A DNA stretch of 64,000 nucleotides from an uncultured Flavobacteriaceae bacterium. GTDB lineage: Bacteria; Bacteroidota; Bacteroidia; Flavobacteriales; Flavobacteriaceae. A model generated the notes under the pieces. That model did no database searches. It had not been told where the DNA came from and worked only from the letters and a program-made list of their open reading frames with translations. Positions 55,049 through 64,000 of the stretch are shown in pieces (the stretch's first letter is position 1; each line of letters opens with the position of its first letter). The position numbers and the translations under genes were made by a program. The stretch lies in contig CAJQNF010000061.1 in NCBI GenBank assembly GCA_905479625.1, positions 807 to 64,806 on the forward strand, given 5' to 3'.

Positions 55049-56719
55049 TTATTTCGAAGCTTTTCTTCTTCTTGAGTAAGACATCTGACCCAATTTATCA
55101 GTAGCACATCTGAAACCGATAAAGTTTGTCGCCATATACTCAGGTAAATATCTTCTTTGTGCAGGATCTAACCAAAACGCTCTGTCTTTCCATGACCCAC
55201 CTTTGAAAACTCTTGTTTGATCACTGATCAAAGTGTTTCTAGTTTTGGTATCATATTGCTGTATAATTAATCCGCTTTCACCAATTTGTCTTGGTATTTT
55301 TGGAGAATTGTACATTCTTGGCTTTTCTTCAGAATCATCTTCATCTTTGAAGAATTGCTTGGTAGAAGCCAAGTCACCATCACCATTATCAATATTATAG
55401 GCCTTTTCATAATTATTTCTCATAAAGGCATCTCTCTTGGTTACAGGCACATATTTAACACTACCTGGAAGATCTCTAGGAACGATCTTGCCATTATCAA
55501 GCGTATCAAATTCAACGTTATTGTAATCTACCACAACTACATTTCCTTCTTTATCTATTTGTTTCTTGTTAAAAACATTTCCTCTAAAGTAACTGAAATC
55601 ATTCGCATCATTATCAATAATAGGTCTATAGACATCAGCAACCCATTCGGCTACGTTCCCACTCATGTCATACAATCCAAAAGCATTGGGCTTATATGAT
55701 TTGATCTTCATGGTAATATCAGCTCCATCATTACTCCAGCCGGCTAAACCACTATAATCACCTTTTCCTTGTTTAAAGTTTGCCATTTGGTCACCTTTAT
55801 ACCTTCTTGACTCTTCACGAGTAGAATGACCGTTCCAAGAATATTTCTTTCTACCTCTAATTGAGTTGTATTCTCTGTTCTCGATCTCTGCTTTGGCAGC
55901 ATATTCCCATTCTGCTTCTGTTGGCAGTCTGAAACGCTGTGCAAGAATACCATCAGATGTTTTCACATGACGTCCGGTAAATGATCCTTCCGATTTTTTC
56001 TCTTTCTTAGAGAAATCTCTGATTCCTTTATAATAAATACTTGAATCACCATCAAATAACAAATTTGGATTCGTTAAATATGTTTCAGTATCAAATCGAT
56101 TCGCTCCTTCAACATCCAGAGAATCCATATCGAATAAAGTATGCAATACACCTTTATCAATCAGGATTTTTTCATTCACCCTGTCTGTTCTCCATTTACA
56201 AAATTCCGAAGCTTGTCTCCAGGATACACCAACAACAGGATATTCTGCATAAGCTGGGTGTCTGAGGTAATTTTCTGTCAATAATTCATTGAAACCTAAG
56301 GTGTTTCTCCAAACTAAGGTATCTGGCAATGCAGCCTGATAAATTTTTCTGTACGTGTCATCAGATGGAGGGAATACCTTTTCTAAATACTGAAGATACA
56401 ATAGGTACTCAATATTTGTTACTTCGGCTTCATCCATATAAAACGAACGCACTTGTTGTTTCTGTGGTGTTGTATTCCAGTCAAACATCACGTCATCTTG
56501 TACACTACCCATGGTAAATGTACCTCCCTCTATCAACACCATTCCTGGTGGAGGTCCCTGTTCGCGGTAATTGGAATTCGCTTGAAAACCACCATACTTC
56601 GGATTGTTATACTCCCAACCCGTTAAAGTGGAAACACTCTTATTACTTTTAGAACAACTCGCCAGAAGCACGGTTGATAATAATATGAGTAGAACTTTGT
56701 TACTGTTAAACTTTTTCAT
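55049..56719 (-). CDS. gldJ: Gliding motility lipoprotein GldJ
   Basis: Lipobox LASC, FGE-sulfatase-like motifs RLPTEAEWEYAA and GLYDMSGNVAEW; divergent from porU, upstream of murF. Confidence 0.9.
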   Translation of the reverse strand: MKKFNSNKVLLILLSTVLLASCSKSNKSVSTLTGWEYNNPKYGGFQANSNYREQGPPPGMVLIEGGTFTMGSVQDDVMFDWNTTPQKQQVRSFYMDEAEVTNIEYLLYLQYLEKVFPPSDDTYRKIYQAALPDTLVWRNTLGFNELLTENYLRHPAYAEYPVVGVSWRQASEFCKWRTDRVNEKILIDKGVLHTLFDMDSLDVEGANRFDTETYLTNPNLLFDGDSSIYYKGIRDFSKKEKKSEGSFTGRHVKTSDGILAQRFRLPTEAEWEYAAKAEIENREYNSIRGRKKYSWNGHSTREESRRYKGDQMANFKQGKGDYSGLAGWSNDGADITMKIKSYKPNAFGLYDMSGNVAEWVADVYRPIIDNDANDFSYFRGNVFNKKQIDKEGNVVVVDYNNVEFDTLDNGKIVPRDLPGSVKYVPVTKRDAFMRNNYEKAYNIDNGDGDLASTKQFFKDEDDSEEKPRMYNSPKIPRQIGESGLIIQQYDTKTRNTLISDQTRVFKGGSWKDRAFWLDPAQRRYLPEYMATNFIGFRCATDKLGQMSYSRRRKASK

Positions 56720-56885
56720 AATTATTGATTACTATTTTTTAGATAAATACAAAAACTATTGATTTGGATACTATAAGGTATTCACCCCATACTTTTCCGG
56801 TTTCAATGCTTGTATAACGATTGTTTTAATTCTTTATTATGTGTAATGTTGTAAAATGTTTAATTTTGAATGATTTAAACCTCTT

Positions 56886-59800
56886 ATGTACGTAAAAAAG
56901 CATTTTCTTTTTTTTCTAGTTTTACTTCAATGCTTGTTTTCATTCGCTCAAATTTCTGAATCCAAGACATTTACATTGTCATGGAATGATGAAAATTCCA
57001 TTCGAATTAACGAGGAAACTTCCCTTCTTTTACCTTTGGTAGAAGGTAACTTTTTCGACGAAAATAATATTCCGCGTTCCACACATATATTTAACGTACA
57101 AAACAACGCAATAGTGCAGGAATACAAAATAAAAAATGTTAAATTTTCAACACTGCCAACTACCAGTTTAATAAATATTCAGGTAAACAAAATCCCTAAT
57201 GAAATCCAAAGTGATTTTCTGATTACAAAAGTAAAGAATAAATCTGTAGCAATTCTGGACCTGACGCCACTTGTTCAGCAAAATGGACGTGTTCAAAAGA
57301 TTGTTTCATTTACACTTGAATATACACTAAATACCAATGTAACTGGTTCTGCTGCGAAGAAAATATTTGCTTCTTATACAGACCGATCGGTATTGTCAAA
57401 TGGTAATTGGTATAAATTTAAAGTCGATACAAGCGGGGTCTTTAAAATTGACAAAGATCTCTTACAGCAAATCGGAATTAATACAGCTGGTCTTGATCCC
57501 AAAAATATACGAATCTACGGTAACGGTGGAAAGATGCTTTCTCAATTAAACAGTGATTTTAGGTATGATGACCTGCAAGAAAACGCCATTTTTATCGAAG
57601 GAGAACAAGATGGTGTTTTTGACAATGAAGATTATATCCTCTTTTATGCTCAAGGGCCCCATCATTGGGAAATTAATAACAACCAGTACAAACTTTCAAA
57701 ACATACTACGAATATTTATAGTGATTATGCCTATTATTTTATCACGACAGACAAAGGTGTCGGCAAAAGAATCAGTACCTCAAGCCCTATTGACCAACCT
57801 GCTAATAATCTGATTAATACATATCATAGATTTGATTTTCATGAGATCGAAAATGTGAATCTCTTTGCAAATGGTCAGCAATGGCTGGGTGAAGATTTTA
57901 GTTTTCAGGAAACCCAGAATTTCAGTTTTGACTTTAATGACCTGGATCCTAGTGAAGCAGTCAGTTTTAGGATTCGTGGTGTGGCCTTCTCAAGTTCTGA
58001 TACGCAAATGACGATTCGGGTTAATGGACAGGAATTGATGGACCTGACCTACCCTCGAATACCAAGGAATTCTCTTAAAAAGGCTTCCTCCGATGAAAAT
58101 ACACAAGCAACACTTCTTAATAATGAGCAAATAGATGTTCAAATTACCTACAACAATGCAGGGAATCCATCTTCCCGAGCCTACCTCGATTTTATAGAAG
58201 TGATTGGTAATTGTCAACTTGTAGCTCATGGCTCCCAATTTTCTTTTTACAATTCAAATGCAAGTGATCCCGGCGGTATATATGAATATACAGTTGCTAA
58301 TGTGTCAAACATCAATGAAATATGGGACGTCAGTGATCCTATCAATCCAAAAAAAATAGTCAATAGTGGCAACACCAATGATTTTATTTTCAAGGGATAT
58401 GGCGGCGTAAAAACATATGCTATACTAGGCACCGAGCCATTTTTTATTCCGGAAACCATAGAGGATAATCAGATTGTCAATCAAAATCTACATGGCTTAA
58501 ACGATCTTGACTATGTTATTATTAGTCGGGGATATTTACTGTCGGAAGCGGAAAGGCTTGCCGAGTATCACCGTAAAAACTCAGGCCTTAAGGTGGCTCT
58601 TGTAGATCTTGATGAAATATATAATGAATTTGGTTCAGGCTCGCCTGATTTGACGGCGATACGCGATTTTATACGATTTCTTTACCTCAACGCTTCAAGT
58701 GAGCAAAGCAGGATCAGGTATGTATGCCTTTTCGGTGATGCCTCGTTTGATTTTAAAGATAGGATTACTGACAACAATAATATAGTACCCGCCTTTCAGT
58801 CATATGAAAGTTTTAATCTTGCCACAGGCTATGTAACAGATGACTATTTTGGAATGATGGATAGTAATGAAGGTAATCTTGGAAGCGCCGATATGCAGGA
58901 TGTGGCTATGGGCCGATATCCGGTAACATCCTTAAAGGAAGCCAGAGAAAGCATCGATAAAACACTAAACTATTACGCTAATGCATCTTTAGGTAACTGG
59001 AGAAATACCATGACCTTTGTTGCTGATGATCCTGATGATGATGGTGAATTTATTTTACAGCAAGGACTTGATTTGATTACACAAGAAATTGATGAGAAAA
59101 AACCTGCCTTTAACATAAAAAAAATCTATGCTGATGCCTATCAACAGGAATCCTCAGCTGGAGGAGAACTGTATCCCGCAGTAAATGAAGCTATTAATAA
59201 CGCCGTTGAAACGGGAACACTGATGCTAGACTATTTCGGACATGGAGGAGTAAATGGCTGGGCCGCGGAAAGGATCCTGGAAATTCCTCAAATTCAAAAT
59301 TGGAATAACTTTAACAGCCTCCCTCTTTTCGTTACGGTTACCTGTGAATTTACAAGATTTGATAATCCAAGCAGACTTTCAGCTGGAGAATATACTTTAT
59401 GGAATGCTCAAGGTGGGACATCTCACTTGATCTCTACAACCAGAGAAATTTTTATCAGTGCAGGAGATGTCTTTAATCGAAACCTGATCAGAAACCTGTT
59501 GAATTTTGAAGGACAGGATCACAGTATTTCGGAAGCACTGATGTATAGCAAACATCAATTCTTCACTTCACAACGATTTTTTATCTACAGTTTTGGTGAT
59601 CCAGCCATGAAATTGGCCCAAGCCAAACCCAGTATCAAGCTCACAAAAATGAATGAGGTAGAACTCAATAAAAGTCGTGATACTTTAAAAGCCTTATCAA
59701 GAATTAAGTTTGAAGGCATCATCACAGATCAGAACGGGCAGCCCCTTACTAATTTCAATGGTACCCTATCAGCGACTATTTATGACAAACCCCTTGATAA

Positions 59801-60710
59801 AACAACGCTTGACAATGACAATCTTGGCAAAAAAATGGAGTTTACAGCCATTGAGAGTAAAATTTTTAGTGGAAGAGCCAGTGTAAACAATGGTCAATTT
59901 TCCTTTGATTTTATTGTTCCCAAAGATATTCGAATCGCCTATGGAAAGGCGAAAATCAGTCTTTATGCCGATAACCTCATTTCTGATAGAAACGGCTCGG
60001 ATCTGACTATCACAATTGGTGGTATAGATACTGATGCCCCTGCAGATTCGGAAGGTCCACAGATCATGCTTTTTATGAATGACGAATCTTTTGTTGACGG
60101 GGGGAATACAAGCTCCTCTCCGGTTCTTTATGCCATTCTGGAAGACAATTCAGGAATCAACACCTCTATTACGGCAGTTGACCATGATATTATAGCCATT
60201 TTGGATGATGACAATAACAATCCTTATGTCTTAAATGACTACTTTGAAACAGAGTTAAATGACTTCCAAAAAGGAAAAGTTAAGTTCCCTTTTCGCGATC
60301 TGGAGCCCGGTTTACATACAATTAAATTTAAATGTTGGGATACATACAATAATCCATCAGAATCAACGTTAAGTTTTATTGTAGTCAATGACAATGACTT
60401 AATATTAAGTAATGTATTAAATTATCCGAATCCGTTTATAAATTATACTGAATTTTGGTTCAATCACAATAAACCAAACGAAACACTTGATGTTCAGGTA
60501 CAAATTTTTACGGTTTCAGGTAAACTTATAAAAACCCTTAACCGATCTGTGCAATCAGACGGACTTTTATCCAGGGACATTTCCTGGAATGGTCTGGATG
60601 ATTTTGGCAATAAAATTGGTAAGGGCGTTTATGTATACAAACTTCATGTTAAATCTCAAATATCAAATGCGCAGGCAGAAAAATTTGAAAAACTTGTCAT
60701 ATTACAATAA
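56886..60710 (+). CDS. porU: T9SS sortase PorU (C25 peptidase fold plus CTD)
   Basis: YFGHGG (His), TVTCEF (Cys), CTD NYPNPF...KGVYVYKL...KLVIL. Confidence 0.93.
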   Translation: MYVKKHFLFFLVLLQCLFSFAQISESKTFTLSWNDENSIRINEETSLLLPLVEGNFFDENNIPRSTHIFNVQNNAIVQEYKIKNVKFSTLPTTSLINIQVNKIPNEIQSDFLITKVKNKSVAILDLTPLVQQNGRVQKIVSFTLEYTLNTNVTGSAAKKIFASYTDRSVLSNGNWYKFKVDTSGVFKIDKDLLQQIGINTAGLDPKNIRIYGNGGKMLSQLNSDFRYDDLQENAIFIEGEQDGVFDNEDYILFYAQGPHHWEINNNQYKLSKHTTNIYSDYAYYFITTDKGVGKRISTSSPIDQPANNLINTYHRFDFHEIENVNLFANGQQWLGEDFSFQETQNFSFDFNDLDPSEAVSFRIRGVAFSSSDTQMTIRVNGQELMDLTYPRIPRNSLKKASSDENTQATLLNNEQIDVQITYNNAGNPSSRAYLDFIEVIGNCQLVAHGSQFSFYNSNASDPGGIYEYTVANVSNINEIWDVSDPINPKKIVNSGNTNDFIFKGYGGVKTYAILGTEPFFIPETIEDNQIVNQNLHGLNDLDYVIISRGYLLSEAERLAEYHRKNSGLKVALVDLDEIYNEFGSGSPDLTAIRDFIRFLYLNASSEQSRIRYVCLFGDASFDFKDRITDNNNIVPAFQSYESFNLATGYVTDDYFGMMDSNEGNLGSADMQDVAMGRYPVTSLKEARESIDKTLNYYANASLGNWRNTMTFVADDPDDDGEFILQQGLDLITQEIDEKKPAFNIKKIYADAYQQESSAGGELYPAVNEAINNAVETGTLMLDYFGHGGVNGWAAERILEIPQIQNWNNFNSLPLFVTVTCEFTRFDNPSRLSAGEYTLWNAQGGTSHLISTTREIFISAGDVFNRNLIRNLLNFEGQDHSISEALMYSKHQFFTSQRFFIYSFGDPAMKLAQAKPSIKLTKMNEVELNKSRDTLKALSRIKFEGIITDQNGQPLTNFNGTLSATIYDKPLDKTTLDNDNLGKKMEFTAIESKIFSGRASVNNGQFSFDFIVPKDIRIAYGKAKISLYADNLISDRNGSDLTITIGGIDTDAPADSEGPQIMLFMNDESFVDGGNTSSSPVLYAILEDNSGINTSITAVDHDIIAILDDDNNNPYVLNDYFETELNDFQKGKVKFPFRDLEPGLHTIKFKCWDTYNNPSESTLSFIVVNDNDLILSNVLNYPNPFINYTEFWFNHNKPNETLDVQVQIFTVSGKLIKTLNRSVQSDGLLSRDISWNGLDDFGNKIGKGVYVYKLHVKSQISNAQAEKFEKLVILQ

Positions 60711-60747
60711 CAATTTAGATCTGAATCCCTAAAATCCTAATTATTAG

Positions 60748-61893
60748 ATGAAAAAAATAAGTCTAATTGCCATCGCTACTCTTCTTGGAATTTTTAGTTC
60801 GTATGCACAAGATGAAGTTAATCCTATTACAACTGCTGCACCATTTTTATTAATTGCACCTGATGCCAGAGCGGGAGGTCTCGCTGATATGGGGGCTGCC
60901 ACATCTTCTGATGCCAGTTCAATGCATTATAATGCTGCCAAATACGCTTTTTCAGAGTCGCAGTGGCAAATAGGTCTCAACTATACACCTTGGTTAAGAA
61001 ACTTGACCAACGATGTGAGTCTAACCAGTTTATTTGTTTCTAATAAAATTAACGAAAGAAGTGCCTGGGCAACCAGTCTTACTTATTTTTCTCTGGGCTC
61101 CATTGAACTAACAGACGGATCGGGTATAAGCCTCGGTTCTGAAAATCCAAATGAATTTGCTATTGATGGTGCATATGCTCTAAAACTAAGTGAAGTGATC
61201 TCCATGGCCGTAGGATTGAGATTTATACATTCAGATCTGGCAGTCAGGGTAGACAATTCAGAAATTCAAACTGTAAATACTTTCGCTGTTGATGTTTCAA
61301 TGTTTTATCAGAGTCAGGAGTTACCTTACGGAAATTTTAATGGTAGATGGCGAGCCGGAGCGAATTTATCGAATATGGGACCAAAAGTTGAACTTGTTCT
61401 GGGCGGAGAAGAAAGCTTTATTCCGACAAACTTAAAATTAGGAGGTGGATTTGATTTTATCCTCGACAATGCCAATACAATTACAACGAATCTTGAGATT
61501 AATAAATTATTGGTTCCTACCCCTCCAATCAGAGACAATGCCACCGGAGAAATCATTGCAGGTAAAGATGATAATGTAGGCTTTTTGCAAGGTATGTTTC
61601 AGTCTTGGTATGACGCTCCCAGAGGTTTTGAGGAGGAAATGGAAGAATTCATCTGGCAGGCAAGTGCTGAATATTTATATAACGAAGTGTTTTCTGTGAG
61701 AGCGGGTTATTTTCATGAATCTGCCAACAAGGGAAACAGGCAGTTCTTTACCTTGGGTACAGGATTTAAATTCAGAAGCACAACCCTAGATGTTTCTTAT
61801 TTGATCAATGCTTCAGACGTCAACAATCCGTTGGAAAGTACCTTAAGATTCTCATTGACGATCAATCTGGGTGATTCATATGCATACTTCTAA
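60748..61893 (+). CDS. porV: T9SS outer-membrane shuttle PorV
   Basis: ITTAAPFLLIAPDARAGG, YTPWL, KGNRQFFTLG, NPLESTLRFSL; follows porU. Confidence 0.93.
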   Translation: MKKISLIAIATLLGIFSSYAQDEVNPITTAAPFLLIAPDARAGGLADMGAATSSDASSMHYNAAKYAFSESQWQIGLNYTPWLRNLTNDVSLTSLFVSNKINERSAWATSLTYFSLGSIELTDGSGISLGSENPNEFAIDGAYALKLSEVISMAVGLRFIHSDLAVRVDNSEIQTVNTFAVDVSMFYQSQELPYGNFNGRWRAGANLSNMGPKVELVLGGEESFIPTNLKLGGGFDFILDNANTITTNLEINKLLVPTPPIRDNATGEIIAGKDDNVGFLQGMFQSWYDAPRGFEEEMEEFIWQASAEYLYNEVFSVRAGYFHESANKGNRQFFTLGTGFKFRSTTLDVSYLINASDVNNPLESTLRFSLTINLGDSYAYF

Positions 61894-62015
61894 AAAGGTA
61901 GCATGAACATGGTCATAAGGACCGTTTAATACAAAAGTGTTTAAATTAGGATGCTTTGAATTTTAGGATTGAAAGTCCTATATTTAAGGAAAATAATTTT
62001 TAATCCGGCCTCTTT

Positions 62016-62501
62016 ATGCATGATCATGAGATTTCAACAAAATTTACAGTATTTGATAGTTCAAAAGAACTATCAATTGCTGAGCAGAAATTACTTGAAA
62101 CAGCGATAGCGATTAGAGACAGTGCTTATGCTCCATACTCAGGTTTTCTGGTAGGTGCTTCGGTTCTTATGCAAAATGGTGATGTTTTTTCGGGTAATAA
62201 TCAGGAAAATGCGGCTTATCCTTCTGGGATCTGTGCTGAAAGAGTTGCTATTTGGAGTGCTATGGCTGCTTTACCCAAAGGAAGAATCAAAAAGATCTTT
62301 ATTTCAGCTCGTTCTGAAAAGACATTGGTTGACAGACCTGTTGCTCCTTGCGGGGCATGCAGACAAGCCATAGCCGAATATGAAACAAAACAAGACGAAA
62401 ATATCGAAATCTTTTTTACTGGTGAAACAGGCAAGATCGTTAAGGCGAATTCAATAAAAGATCTGCTTCCCTGGATGTTTGATAATTCTATGTTATCATG
62501 A
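62016..62501 (+). CDS. cdd: Cytidine deaminase
   Basis: AYAPYS, NQENAAYPSGICAER, PCGACRQ. Confidence 0.93.
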   Translation: MHDHEISTKFTVFDSSKELSIAEQKLLETAIAIRDSAYAPYSGFLVGASVLMQNGDVFSGNNQENAAYPSGICAERVAIWSAMAALPKGRIKKIFISARSEKTLVDRPVAPCGACRQAIAEYETKQDENIEIFFTGETGKIVKANSIKDLLPWMFDNSMLS

Positions 62502-62875
62502 ACCGCGACATCAATTCTCGAGAGGACCTTTTGACCATTGTTCGTGATTTTTATGAATCACTTTTTCAAAACGAAGAATTAAAACATTTTTTTGAAGATT
62601 TTAAGGAAGAAAAAGCTTTAGAACATCATTTAGCGACTTTAGTCGATTTTTGGGATAACACCTTATTTTATTCAGGGAGTTATAAAAAAAACGCTATGAA
62701 ACCTCATATAATGCTCCATGACCAAAATCCTTTAAAAAATATTCACTTTAAGCATTGGTTGGCACTATTAACCAAAGCCATTGACAAGAACTTTAAAGGG
62801 GAAAATGCTGAAACAATGAAAAACAGGGCACTTTCAATTGCTACAGTGATGAAAATAAAATTTGGGATTGAGTAA
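62498..62875 (+). CDS. Group III truncated hemoglobin
   Basis: DI..R.D....V..FY, HL..L.DFW, H, HF..WL pattern. Confidence 0.85.
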   Translation: MNRDINSREDLLTIVRDFYESLFQNEELKHFFEDFKEEKALEHHLATLVDFWDNTLFYSGSYKKNAMKPHIMLHDQNPLKNIHFKHWLALLTKAIDKNFKGENAETMKNRALSIATVMKIKFGIE

Positions 62876-62961
62876 ATTCGAAATTTCTATCCCTTTTATT
62901 ATGCGTGCATAGCATCTTTTATTATCTTTGTCGCTGACAAAATTGTCATAAACCTCATCCA

Positions 62962-64000
62962 ATGAGTACAATCATCACCGGTACCGGTAGTTATATTCCT
63001 GAAGATATTAAACCAAATGATATTTTCCTTAAAAATAAATTTTATGACGCCGGGCACCTCCCGCTAGAAGACAATAATGAGCTAATTATTGAAAAATTTA
63101 AAAACATCACAGGAATAGAAGAACGCAGGTACCTGTCATCTGACCTTTCAAACAGTGATATTGCAGCTATTGCCGCTAATAGAGCCATTAAGAATGCTAA
63201 AATTGATCCGGAAACCATTGATCAACTTATCGTTGCACACAATTTTGGAAATGTCATTAATGACAACCGGCAGTCAGATATGCTTCCGAGCATCGCTTCT
63301 AAAGTAAAAAACCTGCTGGGCATTGAGAATCCAAACTGTGTTGCATATGACATTATTTTTGGTTGCCCCGGTTGGATCCAGGGAATCATTCAAGCTGATC
63401 AATTTATTAAAACAGGCATGGCATCCAGGTGCCTTGTCATTGGATCTGAAACTCTTTCCAGGATCATTGATCCACACGACAGAGATTCCATGATATATTC
63501 TGATGGAGCCGGTGCTTGTATTTTAGAAAAGGGTAGTGACCCGGAAAAAGGGATCATGAGCTATGCCAGCCAAACCTTTACAGCAGTAGAGGCAAATTAT
63601 ATTTATTTTGGGGAATCAAATAAAAACGGGTCTGAAGAAGATACATATTTCCTTAAGATGCAAGGAAGGAAAATATATGAATTCGCTTTGAATAATGTCC
63701 CGGTCGCCATGAAATTAGCCTTGGATAAATCGGGTATTCAGATCAATAAGGTCAAAAAAATTCTAATTCATCAGGCCAATGAAAAAATGGATGAAGCCAT
63801 CATTAAAAGGTTTTTTCGTTTATTTAAATCAGCAGTGCCTGAGGGAATTATGCCAATGAGCATCAATAAATTAGGAAATAGCTCTGTAGCAACCGTTCCC
63901 ACCCTACTCGATCTGATTCTTAGTGGAAATCTTGATGGCCACCATATTGCTAAAGGTGATGCCATCATCCTGGCCTCTGTAGGTGCCGGTATGAATATCA
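62962..64000 (+). CDS. 3-oxoacyl-ACP synthase III (FabH-like), runs off window
   Basis: Not in ORF track. Manual translation MSTIITGTGSYIP...ITGIEERRY...FGCPGW (Cys)...HQAN (His)...GNSSVATVP (Asn)...ASVGAGMN. Confidence 0.92.
   Translation, partial: MSTIITGTGSYIPEDIKPNDIFLKNKFYDAGHLPLEDNNELIIEKFKNITGIEERRYLSSDLSNSDIAAIAANRAIKNAKIDPETIDQLIVAHNFGNVINDNRQSDMLPSIASKVKNLLGIENPNCVAYDIIFGCPGWIQGIIQADQFIKTGMASRCLVIGSETLSRIIDPHDRDSMIYSDGAGACILEKGSDPEKGIMSYASQTFTAVEANYIYFGESNKNGSEEDTYFLKMQGRKIYEFALNNVPVAMKLALDKSGIQINKVKKILIHQANEKMDEAIIKRFFRLFKSAVPEGIMPMSINKLGNSSVATVPTLLDLILSGNLDGHHIAKGDAIILASVGAGMNI

Noticed and set aside
424-63968. Many short ORF-track entries overlapping confident genes (e.g. 34933-35406, 39107-39541, 55286-55699, 424-663, 63274-63477)
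   Set aside because: Antisense or alternative-frame shadows of real genes with no recognisable motifs.

Overview
A 64-kb, AT-rich, gene-dense chromosomal segment from a Bacteroidota bacterium, most likely Flavobacteriaceae (gldJ-porU-porV type IX secretion/gliding locus, TAnnTTTG -7 promoters). Most of it is housekeeping: comM, hmgA-hppD, mrp-nifU, glyS, fumC, a gluconate-type sugar oxidation cluster, pta-ackA, hutI, lipA, lpxK, ribB, lptF/G, lolA, ftsK, an ahpC-trx-tpx redox block, lpdA, argS, murF, cdd and a fabH-like gene. I see no mobile element, tRNA, rRNA or CRISPR array. The strongest unexplained signal is the ~690-bp gap between lipA and the purine nucleoside phosphorylase gene (35819-36504). 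It holds three paralogous ~85-90 nt units, each with a candidate promoter, a 5' hairpin with a C-rich loop, an identical 27-nt core (ATGATTAATTTTGAGTTAGTAAGCTAA, also exactly the ORF MINFELVS*) and an intrinsic terminator. Two units have sigma54-type promoters preceded by a TTAACA-N5-TTAACA-type box, and one has a housekeeping-type promoter. The same box lies upstream of an outer-membrane receptor gene whose start region is complementary to the core. The second signal is a Tyr-Phe-Phe leader ORF upstream of the Phe/Tyr catabolic genes hmgA-hppD, with its stop codon in a hairpin loop. All calls were made by eye without database searches.
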